Source: Vulcanimicrobiota bacterium
GTDB taxonomy: Bacteria; Vulcanimicrobiota; Vulcanimicrobiia; Vulcanimicrobiales; Vulcanimicrobiaceae
Reading direction: 5' to 3'
Length of the DNA stretch: 16,087 nt
Assembly: GCA_003133025.1 (NCBI GenBank)
Contig: PKZK01000127.1
Span: forward strand, 1-16,087
This document shows, piece after piece, positions 15,842-16,087 of the stretch. Both the position numbers and the translations under genes were made by a program. The stretch's first letter is position 1. The number at the start of each line of letters is the position of its first letter. Under the pieces are notes generated by a model. It saw nothing but the letters and a program-made list of their open reading frames with translations. It made no database searches and was not told the DNA's origin.

Positions 15842-16040
15842 GATCAAGACGCATCGCGGAACCGCCAAGCGCGTAAAGGTGAGCGCCAACGGGAAAGTGA
15901 CGCACCGCCATCAGTTCAGCGGTTGCGGCCACATCCTGAGCAAGAAGTCGAAGAAGCGCAAGCGGAACTTCCGTAAAGACCAGCCCGTTTTCGCCGGCGA
16001 TCTCACGCGCTTCGCGCCGCAGATCCCGTACTTGCTGTAA
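15834..16040 (+). CDS. rpmI: 50S ribosomal protein L35
   Basis: GTG start with SD AAGGAG, overlapping the infC end by 8 nt. MPKIKTHRGTAKRVKVSANGKV...HILSKKSKKRKR...PY. Confidence 0.95.
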   Translation: MPKIKTHRGTAKRVKVSANGKVTHRHQFSGCGHILSKKSKKRKRNFRKDQPVFAGDLTRFAPQIPYLL

Positions 16041-16055
16041 GGAGCACATCGATCG

Positions 16056-16087
16056 ATGGCACGTATCAAGCGCGGCGTTCACGGGCT
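16056..16087 (+). CDS. rplT: 50S ribosomal protein L20, 5' end only
   Basis: SD TAAGGAG (16038-16044), ATG 16056, MARIKRGVHG; canonical infC-rpmI-rplT order. Confidence 0.93.
   Translation, partial: MARIKRGVHG

Overview
GC-rich bacterial chromosomal window of mostly core metabolism, with no mobile element, CRISPR array, rRNA or tRNA seen. The L35 and IF3 sequences suggest Vulcanimicrobiota/Eremiobacterota to me, from recall only and unverified. Left to right: (-) 5' part of a B12-dependent acyl-CoA mutase large subunit with isobutyryl-CoA-mutase-type specificity residues, missing from the ORF track; (-) an unannotated membrane protein directly behind a complete cobalamin riboswitch; (-) DUF885 metallopeptidase-like protein divergent from (+) a Tat-exported DsrE-like protein; a long (-) run of small membrane protein, meaB, nadA, nadB, nadC and a beta-hydroxyacid dehydrogenase; (+) tricorn protease, GNAT and NTF2-like protein; (-) tandem universal stress protein; (+) sigma70 promoter, L20-leader-like attenuator, infC (ATA start, His/Asp-rich tail), rpmI and the start of rplT. 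Two NN gaps (795-796 and 8725-8726) break real reading frames. The best candidate for an undescribed system is the riboswitch-controlled membrane protein (candidate cobamide/cobalt transporter) beside the ICM-type mutase, with meaB nearby. A recurring alternative-sigma-like promoter motif and the infC leader/IF3 tail are also worth checking.
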